Shown piece after piece: positions 43,676 through 55,729 of a stretch of DNA of 59,311 bases. Location of the stretch: positions 1 to 59,311 of the forward strand of contig NIVC01003282.1 of the NCBI GenBank assembly GCA_002269645.1. Reading direction: 5' to 3'. The translations under genes and the position numbers were made by a program. Each line of letters opens with the position of its first letter. Within the stretch, counting starts at the first letter, position 1. Below the pieces are notes generated by a model that saw only the letters and a list, made by a program, of their open reading frames with translations, was not told the origin of the DNA and did not search any database. This DNA comes from Macrostomum lignano (Eukaryota).

Positions 43676-44552
43676 AAACCCTAACCCTTAGCGATGAAAG
43701 AAAGCTAAGGGTTACGGTTAGGGTTAGCTAACAGGGTTGTCTGCAGAAATCCTACAGAATGACCTAGATTTTTTGTATGGTCTGGCTTTCATGGTTGTCC
43801 CAGTTTGCAATCATATTTTATGATTAAACGTTTTTTTGTTTTTGTGCAGGCCGGAGCATGTCACGTTGTTCCATCTGAGCGAATTTCATCATTCCTACGG
43901 GATGTCGAGCTTGAAAAGCCGATTCCATTAAGGGTATGTTTACTATACATGTATAGCTTGCTGTTTTTATAAACTGAGTTACATACCAAAATGCAACAGA
44001 TAATAACCTCTCTGTGTGTACTTTGTACTCAGGCTTCAGCAAGTCTGCCCTACAAGTTGACGAAGCCAGTGCCAGCTCAACGATCAAGATCCAGAAGAGT
44101 GTCTGGAGCGCCGACAACGCTGTCTGCACCTGAAAAAATTTCAAGCGACATGGAAGACACAGAATTTAGACAATGGGTTGACAACCGTCTCAAGGTTCGT
44201 CTCTGTTGGTCTGTTTGTGTATTCCTAAAGTACAATTACTGAGTGTTGAAGTCCATAAAAGTTAGAATTAATCATTTTTATTATTACACATCAAACACCC
44301 TAACATCCAAATCACTAACAGAAGTTAGCCGTTGAAGCTCCAACACCGCGACCGCGATCTATCTCAGCTGCGGCCACCAGTGTAGAAGATCTAGCAGCTG
44401 CCGTCTTGGTCTCTTCATCAGCTGCAGCCGCCCTAGTAACAGCTCCAGCTGCTGCCTCTTCTTCAGTTGCGGCCCCCGGAGTAGCAGCTTCAGCCATTCC
44501 AATCGCACCTGTGGGGCCTGGCAGAGCAACAGATGGGGTAGGACTTTTTTAA

Positions 44553-46420
44553 CCATTAGCCTCCCGCGTCTATTTTTGCTCACCCCCGTAGCCTCCCGTA
44601 GCAGCTCTGCTGTCATAGATTTAAAAGCTGAAAACTGGTAGAAAATTATTTCACCCCCACTCCCTCCTTAACTTTCTGTAAAAAAATAAATATTGAAACA
44701 TTACTAGACATCAGTAGGAAGTAGTATGATGAAAATGATGAAAGTGAAAATATTGGTAGAAGTTGCTTGCATTATAATTCTAACTACACCCGCTGTCTAT
44801 GGCCAGCAGATCGAGTCAGAGCCTGCTAAAAATAGCTACCAGCCATGCTTCTAGAAGCAGCCCAGGACTGGTGTGAGAGTTTTACATAGACAAACCGAAG
44901 TCACTTTTTGCCATAAACAGATATTGCTTCGTATATCCATCTTATTTGTTATGCGTAGTGTAAAGAGATGAGACAAGTATTGCAAGCATAGACATTTCTA
45001 CGTAAGTGATTGCCATAGACAATAAGATTTGGGTTTTCGAAGGGATGAATGCAATACAGTATTGCATATATGTTCTTCTCCTGTGAAATGAGGATAAACC
45101 AATAATAAATATTTTTTATCAATATTCCCCACAAATATAATTTTTCAAACAATATTCTACAATGCAAGCTGGCAATCCAACCCTTCAAAATTTGGGCTTG
45201 GATAGCGACTCAGATGACGAATCATACGTGACTGCATCTGGTACCAGTGGAGGCTCCTCTGATGAGCAAAGTGACCTTGAGGAGGTCCAGATTGTGAATC
45301 CGCCAGACAACATCGAAGATAACTGGCATGATACCACTCCGGAAACGGATCATCGGCCCAACCCACTTCCCGAGTTTCTCGGCTTGCCTGGTCTGCATCC
45401 GGCTTTTCTTGTGCCGGACAACATTGAAAATAGTGTGGCTGCCATCCTTGGTCAGTTTCTTCCCGACAGTCTGCTGCAAAGTTTGTGTGACTGGACAAAC
45501 GCCAGAGCAGACAGAGCTGTCACGCAAATTCAACAAGAAAACGGAGAGCTGCCATGGAAGCTCCTAAATTGGAAGCCATGCAACCTGAATGAAATGAAGA
45601 AGTTTATCGGAATTCTGCTGCACATGGGAGTAGTACAGAAGCCAGATATTAGCATGTATTGGTCAACCGATCTAATGTACCATCAGGACTTCTTCCACCA
45701 TGAGTCATGTCTGTCGCGTAACAGGTTTCAGCTCATCATGACCTGGTTTCGCTGCTACGATTGCACGGAGGTGAACGAAGCTGATCCGCAGTGCAAGATT
45801 AGACCTTTTTTGAACAAAGTCCAGTCCATCTGTCAAAATAAGTACATGCCACATCAACATACTTCTGTTGACGAGTCATTGCTACTTTACAAAGGTAGGC
45901 TCCACTGTCTTCAGTACATGCCCAACAAAAAGGCAAAGCTCGGCATCAAGCTGTATTGTCTAGCCGAATCGAACAGCGGCTATTTGTGGAACTTTCTGAT
46001 CCACTCCACTGCGGCCCAAAACAACCTGTTCGGCCAGGATGCGCAGCAGCTGTCGCTCTCGGAACGCATCGTCGTAGAACTGTCTCGGGATATCTTGGAC
46101 CTCGGGTACAGGATCTTTTGTGACACCTGGTTTTGCTCGGCACGGTTGCTCCAGAGAGACACTCTGTTGACAGGCACAGTGCGAGCACAACGCGGCGTTC
46201 CCGCGGCTCTGAAGCAGCAGGTGTTGCACCCACCATCCAACGCCTTTTCTAGGCGTGGGGATCTGCTTGCTGTGAAGATTGTGGATCGGCGAGCCTCTGG
46301 CCTAAAGACCGTGTACATGCTAGACAGTGCTGGCTCGGCCAACTGTGTGCAAGTTACAAGGGTTCAGCGAGGCAGTCGGGAGCGGCAACTGTTAAAGTCT
46401 CAGACAGCTCTAGACTACAA
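44553..46420 (+). mobile_element. piggyBac-family transposon, 3'-truncated
   Basis: Transposase ORF from 45162 with VDESLLLYKGR..QYMPNKK..GIK, IFCDTWF and TGTVR; cut at ALDY| before the expected MGGVD third aspartate. Candidate left end TTAA|CCATTAGCC at 44549-44561. Confidence 0.85.
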
Positions 46421-46890
46421 AGTAGAAGGCATGAGGGGGCTTTTGGGACAAAATTTTTCACATCCTCCATAATCCATATTATCCATCCATATTATCCTTG
46501 ACAGAATCAGAAAAAAGGGGGGTCACACTCGCTCACAAAACCTCCTCCATAATCCCATTAAATTCATCCATATTATCCCCGACAGAATCAGAAAAAAAGG
46601 GGGTCGCACTTGCTTCGAAAACTTCGAACATAATCCCATTAAATCCATCCATATTATCCCTGAATCAGAGGGTCCTACTCGCTTACAAAACGTCATCCAT
46701 AATCCACCTAAATCCATCCATATTATCCCCGACAAAATCAGAGCATAATAGGTGTCCTACATAATCCACTGACATCCACCCATAGCATCTTCGAAACAAT
46801 CAGAAAATAATCTGCATTCTTCTCCCCACATTCAATCCGCAACGCGAAACCAGATCCCAAAGACTTTAAATAATCAGCGCAGGGTCCTTA
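46421..46890 (+). repeat. Probable Polinton terminal repeat, copy 2 (same orientation as copy 1)
   Basis: Identical start; cuts the piggyBac transposase abruptly; Polinton genes follow. Confidence 0.62.
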
Positions 46891-47603
46891 CCCTTTGAAA
46901 AAAAAAATAAATAATAAAAAAAATTAAAAAAAAATTAAATTAAAAAAAAATTTCATATTTGATGTGAATCTTGCGAGGTAAAAAACAATAGCTAGCTGAG
47001 AAAACTCATAAATAGAATAAATTTTTTTACATAAACAAAAACAAGAATAATTATTAATTGGTGGTACTTCTAAAATTGTCTACAAGTTGCTCTAAATTTA
47101 TATTAGAACGAAGGTTATCTAACAAACCTACAGTATCCTCTCTACATATCCCACATTTTATCGTGTTATTACTTGAAGTAAGAATTTCTAGTCATATCAC
47201 TTATAAGTAGGCTCTAAACAACTTGACGCTATTCTGGACTGTCTCGGAAAAACCACACATGATTTTCTCTGACGTGTTAGAAAAAATAATGTGCGCCCAG
47301 TACGTTCAAATATTCGTCTCCCCAGCTGGCCTTGGGTACCTCGGTTTCAGAGAAATCTCTCTCCATGCCAGTGTACGCTTTCTGTTACACTCCGCTATTT
47401 TTAACACACAACTTTGGCGACAACCTCCTCATGCCTTTCTTGCCTTGCCCCCCCTCTAGTGGTATCTAGTGGTAAGTGGTATCTTGCCACTTCTCTCTAC
47501 ACTCTATGAAAATATTAAAACTTATGAAATCTTAACACAACAAACAATAACCTAAAGGACTTGTCAATAAAATGTCTGAATAAATATTAGAGTGTTGTTA
47601 CTG

Positions 47604-48086
47604 TCAGCACGTCTTCACTTTGTTGTCCTCGTCCTCATCTTCATCATCTTCCTCGTTGGCCTCTGAAAAAATAAAAGCAATGTTTTAAGAATTATAAATT
47701 TAAATTTGATAGAATTAAAACTGTGAAGCAATTACTTACCGTCTTCGTACCAAGCTTGGATTGTCTTTTCAAATTCACCTTCCATTGTAAGGAATGCAAC
47801 ACTTTCATGCTGCATTCTCAGCAGCTGGTCAAATCTGGTGTCGGTGGCAGCCTTCTTGTGGATTGGAGCGCTATAGTTCAACACACGCCCCATCGAATAA
47901 CCCGAGAAGCGAGCTAGTTGCAAGGCTGGAAATGAATGAAGGTAGAGAAAGAACAAGATATTGTAGATCCTCACACAATCCAAAATCGTTATTATTCGGA
48001 TCCAGAATAATATTGATTTTCTTCCCGCTCACAAACCCTTCCCGACTCAAACGTCTCTCTCTACCCCCATATCTTTCAAAAGTCAT
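47604..48086 (-). pseudogene. Hypothetical two-exon gene inside the Polinton segment
   Basis: Intron 47739-47663 (GTAAGT...TTTTCAG) joins ...AWYED to EANEEDDEDEDEDNKVKTC*; one frameshift near 47985. Confidence 0.45.
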
Positions 48087-48182
48087 CCTAGTTCCTTGTT
48101 AGGAGCGCACAAAATAAACCCTGCTCCCGAGCGTCCGCCCTCTCTCCCCGTGCACCCACCCTCTCTTCCAAAACACCCACCC

Positions 48183-48545
48183 TCAGCCAATTCCTAATCC
48201 CAACTTTGTCTTTCCCAAAATAACCGCCTTGACTAATTTCCGAGCAATAGACTCACGAAACCCGCTTGAAGTCCCCATATTGTCTAATCTCCTAAGCATT
48301 TCTTTGTCCCAACGATTCTTCTCCTCTGGAAAATTCCTATACTTAACGTCGTGCCACATGCAGACAGAGTCTAGCTCGTTCACAGGTTCATGCCCAGGAT
48401 TTGGATTATTGCTTTTATCTAACTGTATTTCAAGTGGATTCAAAGGCCCACAATATTTGTAGCCGGGAATTGTCCAGCCTTTGTTTGGATGAGGAAGATT
48501 TTCTATCAGTCCATATGAATCTAAATTACCGCCAGAGCGTTGCAT
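48183..48545 (-). CDS. Parvovirus VP1u-type phospholipase A2 domain protein
   Basis: PGYKYCGPLN Ca-binding loop and PVNELDSVCMWHDVKY catalytic HDxxY motif. Confidence 0.85.
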   Translation of the reverse strand: MQRSGGNLDSYGLIENLPHPNKGWTIPGYKYCGPLNPLEIQLDKSNNPNPGHEPVNELDSVCMWHDVKYRNFPEEKNRWDKEMLRRLDNMGTSSGFRESIARKLVKAVILGKTKLGLGIG

Positions 48546-48575
48546 TATTTTATTTAAAGTTTTCTTTTTTTAAAA

Positions 48576-49607
48576 ATGACAGATCAGAAACTTCAAAAGC
48601 TCTACTACAGTGACAAAGGATTCTTTGTAGGAAAAAATGCAGTCACCAAACTTGCAGAACTAAGTAAGAAACCAAAAGCTACAGTAAAAAAATGGCTCTA
48701 AGCAGGCTGTCTTTCAAGTCTATTTCCCACCAGTAAAATTTGAAAGGCCCCATTTCAGTATTTATAAACCTAATGAGGCGCACCAAGCAGATCTTCTGTT
48801 TCTCCCCAATGACTCAGGCTACAAGTATGCTCTCAGAGTTATAGACATTGCCTCCAGATATAAAGAGGCTCGTCCACTAAAGACTAAACAATCAGAAGCA
48901 TTTGCTAATGCGCTACAAGATATTTATAAAAAACTCACCCCTTAGTTACCCTGAAATCTTTATGACCGACCCGGGTAAAGAATTCCTAGGCAAGGACCAC
49001 TAGAACTTCTAGTGGTCCTTGTTCCTAGGTGCAGTGAAATCACTTCTACATAAGTATGACACAAAAATTCGCTACGGAAGAACTGAGCTCCACAGAGACC
49101 AAGCGTACGTTGAGAGATTCAATCTAACTCTAGCCAAGAGACTATTCACTAAGCAGACAGCAGAGGAGCTGAAACTAAAAAGTGGCCAATACTATACAAA
49201 ATGGAAGGACCGCCTCCCCATTGTTATAGAGCAACTGAACAATGAAGTCACACGCATGACTCGATTGAAACAGTCCCATGCAATTAAACAAGACACTGTC
49301 GAACTTAAGGCATCTCATAGAACAGACACCTCGAACTACCCTAAGCTTCCAGGAGTTGAATCACCATACAAACTGACAAACTCTGAGTTTCTACGCTTTT
49401 TATATCTACCTGGAGAGCTAGAGAAAGACACCAAAAAAGAGCTACAGATCCATACTTCAGCCTTGATGTACATAAAATAGACAGACATTTTACCTCCGAC
49501 TCTGGAGAGTATTACTTTTTATCTCAGGCCTTTAACCTAAATCCCCCACGCGGTCATTCACTAGAGCTGAACTCCTAGTGATACCAGCTGACACAGAAAT
49601 TAATTAA
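48576..49607 (+). pseudogene. Retroviral-type (c-int) integrase of a Polinton, disrupted
   Basis: HQADLLFL...VIDIASRY...TDPGKEFLG...AYVERFNLTL DDE core; frameshifts and a 31-bp insertion. Confidence 0.88.
48991..49021. mobile_element. 31-bp TIR-only element with 8-bp TSD (hAT-like)
   Basis: CAAGGACCACTAGAA-C-TTCTAGTGGTCCTTG flanked by TTCCTAGG (48983-48990 and 49022-49029). Confidence 0.8.
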
Positions 49608-49623
49608 AATATTAAAATAAAAA

Positions 49624-50070
49624 ATGACAAAGATTGAAACCAGAACCATCAATAAACTCAATAAAATGATTGAATCAAAGAAACCAGGTCTTATATCAAT
49701 TAAAGGTGTCAAAGTAAAAATCAATCCCGTGCAGCAAATAGTTCAGTGTAATGAGCAAAGACTCAGCATTACAGATGAAAAGTCAGGAGGAATCCTACCA
49801 TTAGCAGCTCTTATCCCAATCATTGCAGGCGCTGTAAGTGCCGCAGGTGGTGTAGCTGGAGGTGTAGCAACTGCTGTTAAAGCTGGGAATCATAGAGCCC
49901 ACCAGCTAGAATTGCAAAAGATTGCAAGAGACAAAGGTATAACAATTAAGGCAGGAGAGGGCTGCCCCGATCGTGATGATTGTGATCATGAAAATTCTTT
50001 TAGCAAGTCTGACATTGTCAAAGCCATCATGACACTGCACAATGCTGGGTTTACAATAATGCGCATGTGA
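49624..50070 (+). CDS. Adenovirus pX-like protein of Polinton/adintovirus
   Basis: SGGILPLAALIPIIAGAVSAAGGVA resembles adenoviral pX GGILPLLIPLIAAAIGA. Confidence 0.65.
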   Translation: MTKIETRTINKLNKMIESKKPGLISIKGVKVKINPVQQIVQCNEQRLSITDEKSGGILPLAALIPIIAGAVSAAGGVAGGVATAVKAGNHRAHQLELQKIARDKGITIKAGEGCPDRDDCDHENSFSKSDIVKAIMTLHNAGFTIMRM

Positions 50071-50193
50071 TGAGGTTTAAAACCCAACTTTATCCAGCTT
50101 CATAAACCCAACGCTACTGATAGGATGTTAGAAACAGTTCAACTTTTCTATCAGGGTCGTCACCCTCAAAAGTTTGTTATTTTATAGAAAAAA

Positions 50194-53100
50194 ATGCGAA
50201 AAGCCAATCCAGCAAAAGATTTAGTCAACAAATATTTTTCAAAAGGCGTCTCATTTCAAGACAAAAGTAATTTACTAAGAGAAGCATGTAAACAAAAGTT
50301 TAACACCGACCCTGGTCACCTGGGAAGCTATGAAAAACAGTTGGAAATCATCAATCAATTAGAATCCAACCAGTATGCGCCTATAAAAAATCCTGCAAAG
50401 GAACACCAAGAGAGGAGTCGCAACTTAGTTAACAAATACGAAACTCTCACTGGCGAAAAAGCAAAGTACCCACAAAATAAGCAGGAACAAGAGAAATTAA
50501 AGCAATTAATCCATTTAAAAGAGTCGGAGCTTGCCATTGAAGAGATTAATTTTGCACAGAGGAAGTTTACAGAACATTACATAGAGTACACAATCCCAAT
50601 TAACAACACCAACCACATTAACGACACCAACGGCACCACCGCAAACATCTACGACTATAAAGACAGCATCCAATCAATTTTTGATCACACACTCAAAACA
50701 CGCAAGACCTTTAAACTACAGATATCATTCAAGATTGCGTTTTATACGCCTGCAAAACTCACTGAACATCTCGAGTATTACATGACAACAAAGGCAAAGC
50801 CATTCACCCCTACAGACACACATGGATCCTTTCCTTCAAGATGTCACTAAGAAAATTGAAGCGTTTACATCCAGAGGTTCCGGATGGGTCGTGGGAGGGA
50901 TTCAAAGAGCGACTGTTATGGTCATGAAATATGACCCACTTAAAGCCTCCTCTTATATAGAGCCCCCGCATAAGCTAGCCGGCAAAAAAGCTTGCATAAA
51001 TGTTAAAAATAAAGACAATTGCTGTGCTCTATGGGCAGTTCTTTCTGCACTTCTTCATGATAGTGTCCCTGACCACCCCGAAAGAACCTCAAATTATCAA
51101 AATTATTTCAACTACTATCTCATCGAATGCGAAAAGAAGGGAATCAGGTTTGACAAAGGAGGCTTGGCGATCTCTCAGATTCCAAAGCTAGAAGAAGTGT
51201 TTAATAACAAAATTAGAATCACAGTCTTTGAGTGGAGTGAAAAAAACTGAGAAAGTTCAACCGGTCAGATGTAGCAAAGACGTTTTAGATCCTGAGGGGA
51301 AAAGGCGGACTGAAGTGGATCTTCTAGTGATTGGTAATTTACTAGAGGAGGCTCACTATGTTTGGATTAAAATCATTCAAGACTCATTCACAAGCAGTTG
51401 AATAATCATCACGAGGCTGTTGCCATCTGCCGCTTGTGCCTTAAGCATTACAGTGGACCTGAGCGCATTGAAAAACTAGCAGAGCATGAATTATCATGTG
51501 AAGATCACCCAACTAACTGCTCTCTTCCTTCAGCTGAAGAGAAGTATCTCCGTTTTAAGAACTATCACAAGATGGAGAAGCTCCAATTTGTTGTATATGC
51601 TGATTTCGAATGCTCAATCATGCCAGAAACTCAATAACAAACTCAAACTCAAAAACATGTCCCCAATTCAGTAGCATATGCCTTTATAAATACAAAAGGA
51701 CTTGTTGAGTCTAATTATTTCTTTGGAGAGCAGTGTGTGGAGCAGTTTATTGCCAGAATGTTAGAGTTGCAAAAATTGATTAGCACCCTTCAGCCTGTTT
51801 CGGGGGCGTAGCCCAGCGGTAGCGCAGCTGCTCTGGTGTGCCAGCGACTCAGGCTCGATTCCAAGTGCAGTCACATTAATTTGGGGCTGAATTGGAATCT
51901 CGGCTTGGCTCTGCTCGTGCAATTAACGGCCTTGAGAGCCAACCCCCCAAGCGCAGTGAAGTGTACATGCCTAACGGTAAAATAAAGTTAGGGCCGCTGT
52001 ACACTCCTGTGTGAGTGTGTGCCTGCGTACGTATCCGCGCGCTTAAATGCCTGCTCAAGGGAGTCGGCGGAATGGGCAGTAATGCCTCTCGCCGGTTGTG
52101 TGCCTAAGTCGCTTAAAGTGCGCCAGGGTGCACACAACCCCCCTGCCTCTAATAAAAAAATTCAGCCTTTCCAATAATTATGTCTGAGGAGGATGAAAGC
52201 AATTTCCTATCAGCAACTAATTGCCACATCTGCAGGAAACAGTTAACTTGCACTGATATTAAAAACCCCACCGTTAGGGACCACTGCCACTATACTGGGA
52301 AATTTAGAGGTGCAGCGCATAACACTTGTAATCTAAAGCTAAAATCGAACATTCATGATCTAACGATATTTTGTCACAACGCAAAGAACTATGACATGCA
52401 TTTAATAGTTGAAAAATCGGCATGATTCCAGACATACACCTTGATTGCATCGCAGAGAACAAGGAGAAGTTTAAGTGTGTTGATATTAAACAGGATAATT
52501 CGGTTAAAGGTTCGAGTGAAGGTAAAATAAGACTGAAGGATTCATATCAATTTCTAGCTGCCAGTCTAGACGAACTAAGCAAGAATCTAAAAGATGAACA
52601 ATGTACATGTACAAAGATATTTGCTAATAAAATTAACAACACTGATGAATCATTTAAACTTTTAAGAAAGAAAGGCTTCTACCCCTATGAAAATATTACT
52701 GGGTATCACGTATTTGAAGAAGGTTTACCACCACAAGAAAAGTTCTTTTCAAAGCTAACAGACTCTGGAATCTCTGACAAAGACTATGAGCACGCGAAGC
52801 ATGTCTATAATTACTTTAATTGTCAAAACTTCTTCCAGTATCACCTGCTTTACCTCTACACAGATGTGTTTCTGCTGGCTGATGTGTTTGAAACCTTCCT
52901 TCAGATACACCTGGTACACAGCATATGGCCTTGATCCAGCACATTATGTGTCTCTGCCTGCTACTAGCTGGGAATCTTTGCTTAAAATGAAATGGGACCA
53001 AGATCCATATTGGTACATTGCAGAACTTCTTACAGACATTGACATGTACAAGATCGTCATCTCAATTTGCGTTAACAGGTATGCAAAGGCAAACAATCCC

Positions 53101-53899
53101 TACATTTAATCTTACAATAAGAAGCAGCCCTCAAACTACATAACTTACTTGGACGCTAATAATCTCTACGGGTGGGCGATGAGTCAAGATCTTCCAGTTA
53201 GAGATTTTCGATGGCCAATTGTATCAGAATTCAAATGGGACTTTTCAATACCCGGCATTTGTGAGGTTGATGTTTACATTCCACCAGAGTTTCACGACTA
53301 TATCTCTGACTTTCCACCCTTCCCAGAGAACATCAAGTGCCCGAAAATAATCGAAAATCCCAATGGAACTTGGCACCTGTCAGGAACAGAAAAAGAACAT
53401 ACAGAGAAACTAACACAGAATCTAAACAACAAGACACGTTACAAAATTCATTACAAACTGCTTCAGTATTTTATCTCACTTGGTTGCAGGGTCACCAAAG
53501 TTCACAGGGCTCTTACATTTACAGAGGAAGCGTGGATGAAACCCTACATTGATAAGAACACCCAGTTTAGGACCAAAGCAAACCAACGACTTTGACAAGA
53601 ACCTCTTTAAGTTGGCCAACAACTCTGTCTATGGCAAGACTCTTGAGAATGAGCGGAAAAGAACAAACCTGAAACTTGGTTCCTCATCAGAGCCTGCTGT
53701 TATTCAGGCAAATATGTCAAAGCCAACATTCAAAGAACTCCATATCTTTAATAGCTACTTAGGTGTGATCATATTTTACAAAACCAAGGTGACGCTGCGC
53801 AAGCCGATCTATACAGGTGTCACTGTTCTCGACGAATCAAAACGTCTGATGTACCAGTTCTTCAACTGGGTAAGTCAAAGCCCTGAGAATGGTATTTGA
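50194..53899 (+). pseudogene. Protein-primed DNA polymerase B (group-2/beta Polinton type), fragmented
   Basis: GSGW, INVKNKDNCCALWA, VVYADFEC (ExoI), HNAKNYD, LYTDVFLL, DANNLYGWAM, KLANNSVYGKT; several frameshifts, a SINE insertion, and loss of the C-terminus. Confidence 0.92.
51802..52160 (+). mobile_element. tRNA-derived SINE, copy 2, inserted in pPolB
   Basis: A/B boxes, AATAAAAAAA tail, near-perfect TSD TTCAGCCT(G)TTTC. Confidence 0.88.
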
Positions 53900-53905
53900 A
53901 CCATG

Positions 53906-54000
53906 CAGCGGTGTCGGAACATATTTCAAAGTGGGGGGGGCTATTGGTGGGAGGGCATATTGCACATAATTTTTTTTAATCTAGGGCACCCTAACTCCTG
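53906..54000 (+). mobile_element. Possible hAT-like element start where pPolB ends
   Basis: CAGCGGTGTCGGAAC...GTGGGGGGGG pattern; other end not found. Confidence 0.3.
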
Positions 54001-54894
54001 CTGTTATGTCATTTTGTGACATTAATTGTTACAACCAGAGCAATATTCAATCATATCATATCAATTGTGTGAAAGTAAGCCAAAAGTCTAAAAATGCACG
54101 AATATTCAACTAATTAAAGCATTGCGCAACTGTACTGCACTATCAATTAATTTATTTAGTGAATATCTGAAATGAATGAAAATTATGTTCAGTTTTATGT
54201 TGTAGCCGTGCGCTCAAGTAGCAACGTGTAAATTATCAGAAGAAAGTAGCAGCAACGTTCTGGTCTATACGTTTTTGTCTGCTATATTCCACAGCAATAA
54301 TCTTATATAGATCTATATATCCATCTATCAATCCATTTATCTATTTATTTATTTATCTATCTATCCATCTATTTATCTGACTACTGAACCATCCAGAACT
54401 TCACTTCTTTAACTTTAATTTCAATCAATCACGAGTATCAGTCTTCCTCCACCCTACGGTACAATTTCCAAGAGTTGCGCAGCTCAACTCATGAGGTAGC
54501 TTGCTCGCTCACACTTAGTGTTACGTGTTGTCTAGAATCCATACCCTAGGCTACTTTCTCCATTCTGTGTATACTCTGTCTAAGAAATCTAAATTATGTG
54601 AATATCCTCAATCATAATTTGTGGGGATTCCTGATCAACAAACGCCAGTAAATATCAATAGTGCGAGCTAGCCCTTGAGTGTTGTCAATAGAGCTCCAAG
54701 CCAAACATTAGCTGCACAAAATTTTCAAAATGATTTTTTGGGGTTCCTGCTTCGCAACTAGCAACTAGCAACTAAAACTTTTTATTTGATTTTGACGGAC
54801 CGGTTGCAGTTTAAGTTTGCAAATACAATCGCAGTTGATTATTACTGTTGAATATAACAGACAAACAAACTTACCGACCAGTTTTGTTTATATT

Positions 54895-55275
54895 TGAAAA
54901 GCAGAACCCCCAAAAAATTCTGATTCAGGATGAGGTCCGGTTTGAAGATGGGGCTTTTAGAGTGCAAAGTGTGCAAAGCTTTTTTGAAGCCTAAAAGCTT
55001 TGCACACTTTTGAGAGGTGCCTCGCACGCTTGTAGTTGGGGTTTCACACACTATTAGGAGGGGAATCGCACGCTTTTAAGACGCTCTTTGCACACCTTTG
55101 CACGAGATGACAAGGCTTACGTTGGAATCGCTATAATATTATCAATAGTAGGCTCACAGTGGAATCGCTTATAGATAGATATAAAAAGTTTTACTTTTAA
55201 TTTTTTGAATAATGGCCATGACGCATTTAAACACTTATATTGTTATTTGCAGTATCGAAATGCATGCCACTTTCA
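54895..55275 (-). repeat. Dispersed repeat, diverged inverted homologue of 29295-29668
   Basis: Reverse complements of the blocks listed for 29295-29668. Confidence 0.8.
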
Positions 55276-55729
55276 GCGATCCCCACAAAATTATATTGAG
55301 AATTGCGAGGCTGTTTAGAGTATAGAGACGGACATCAGATCGGTTCCAGCAGTGTTTTACAGTAAAATTACACCGAATGACGAAGACCGAAAAGAAAAAA
55401 CGAGTAGTCAATGGCAAAGGCGGGCAGTTCGAAAGAAAAAACATTCGAGCTTCGGGCAATGAGTATAGTCATCAAATGAAAAGAGAGGTAGCTAAATAAT
55501 TTATACTGAGAGAACTTCAAAAGTAGCTGAGAGCAGCCGCAGGAGTGTATGTAGCTTAACAAATAAAAGCAGCATGATTCGCGATATAGGAATGACTGCG
55601 CAGTAGACAAGAAACTAGAGAGACAAAAGGAGAAATTCAGAATTTATAGCAGTTGAACAACAAAGATTTAGAGTGAAGTGAAAAATAGCCATTGATACAA
55701 CTGCTTTAAGTATAAACTCACAAAGCAGA

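Noticed and set aside
43060-44550. Exon-like pieces and an Ala-rich frame between the Polinton genes and the piggyBac
   Set aside because: Plausible splice sites occur on both strands; no consistent gene model or domain.
47050-47260. KCGICRE...NINLEQLVDNF, RING-like remnant on the minus strand
   Set aside because: Interrupted by stops and lacks the other ligands.
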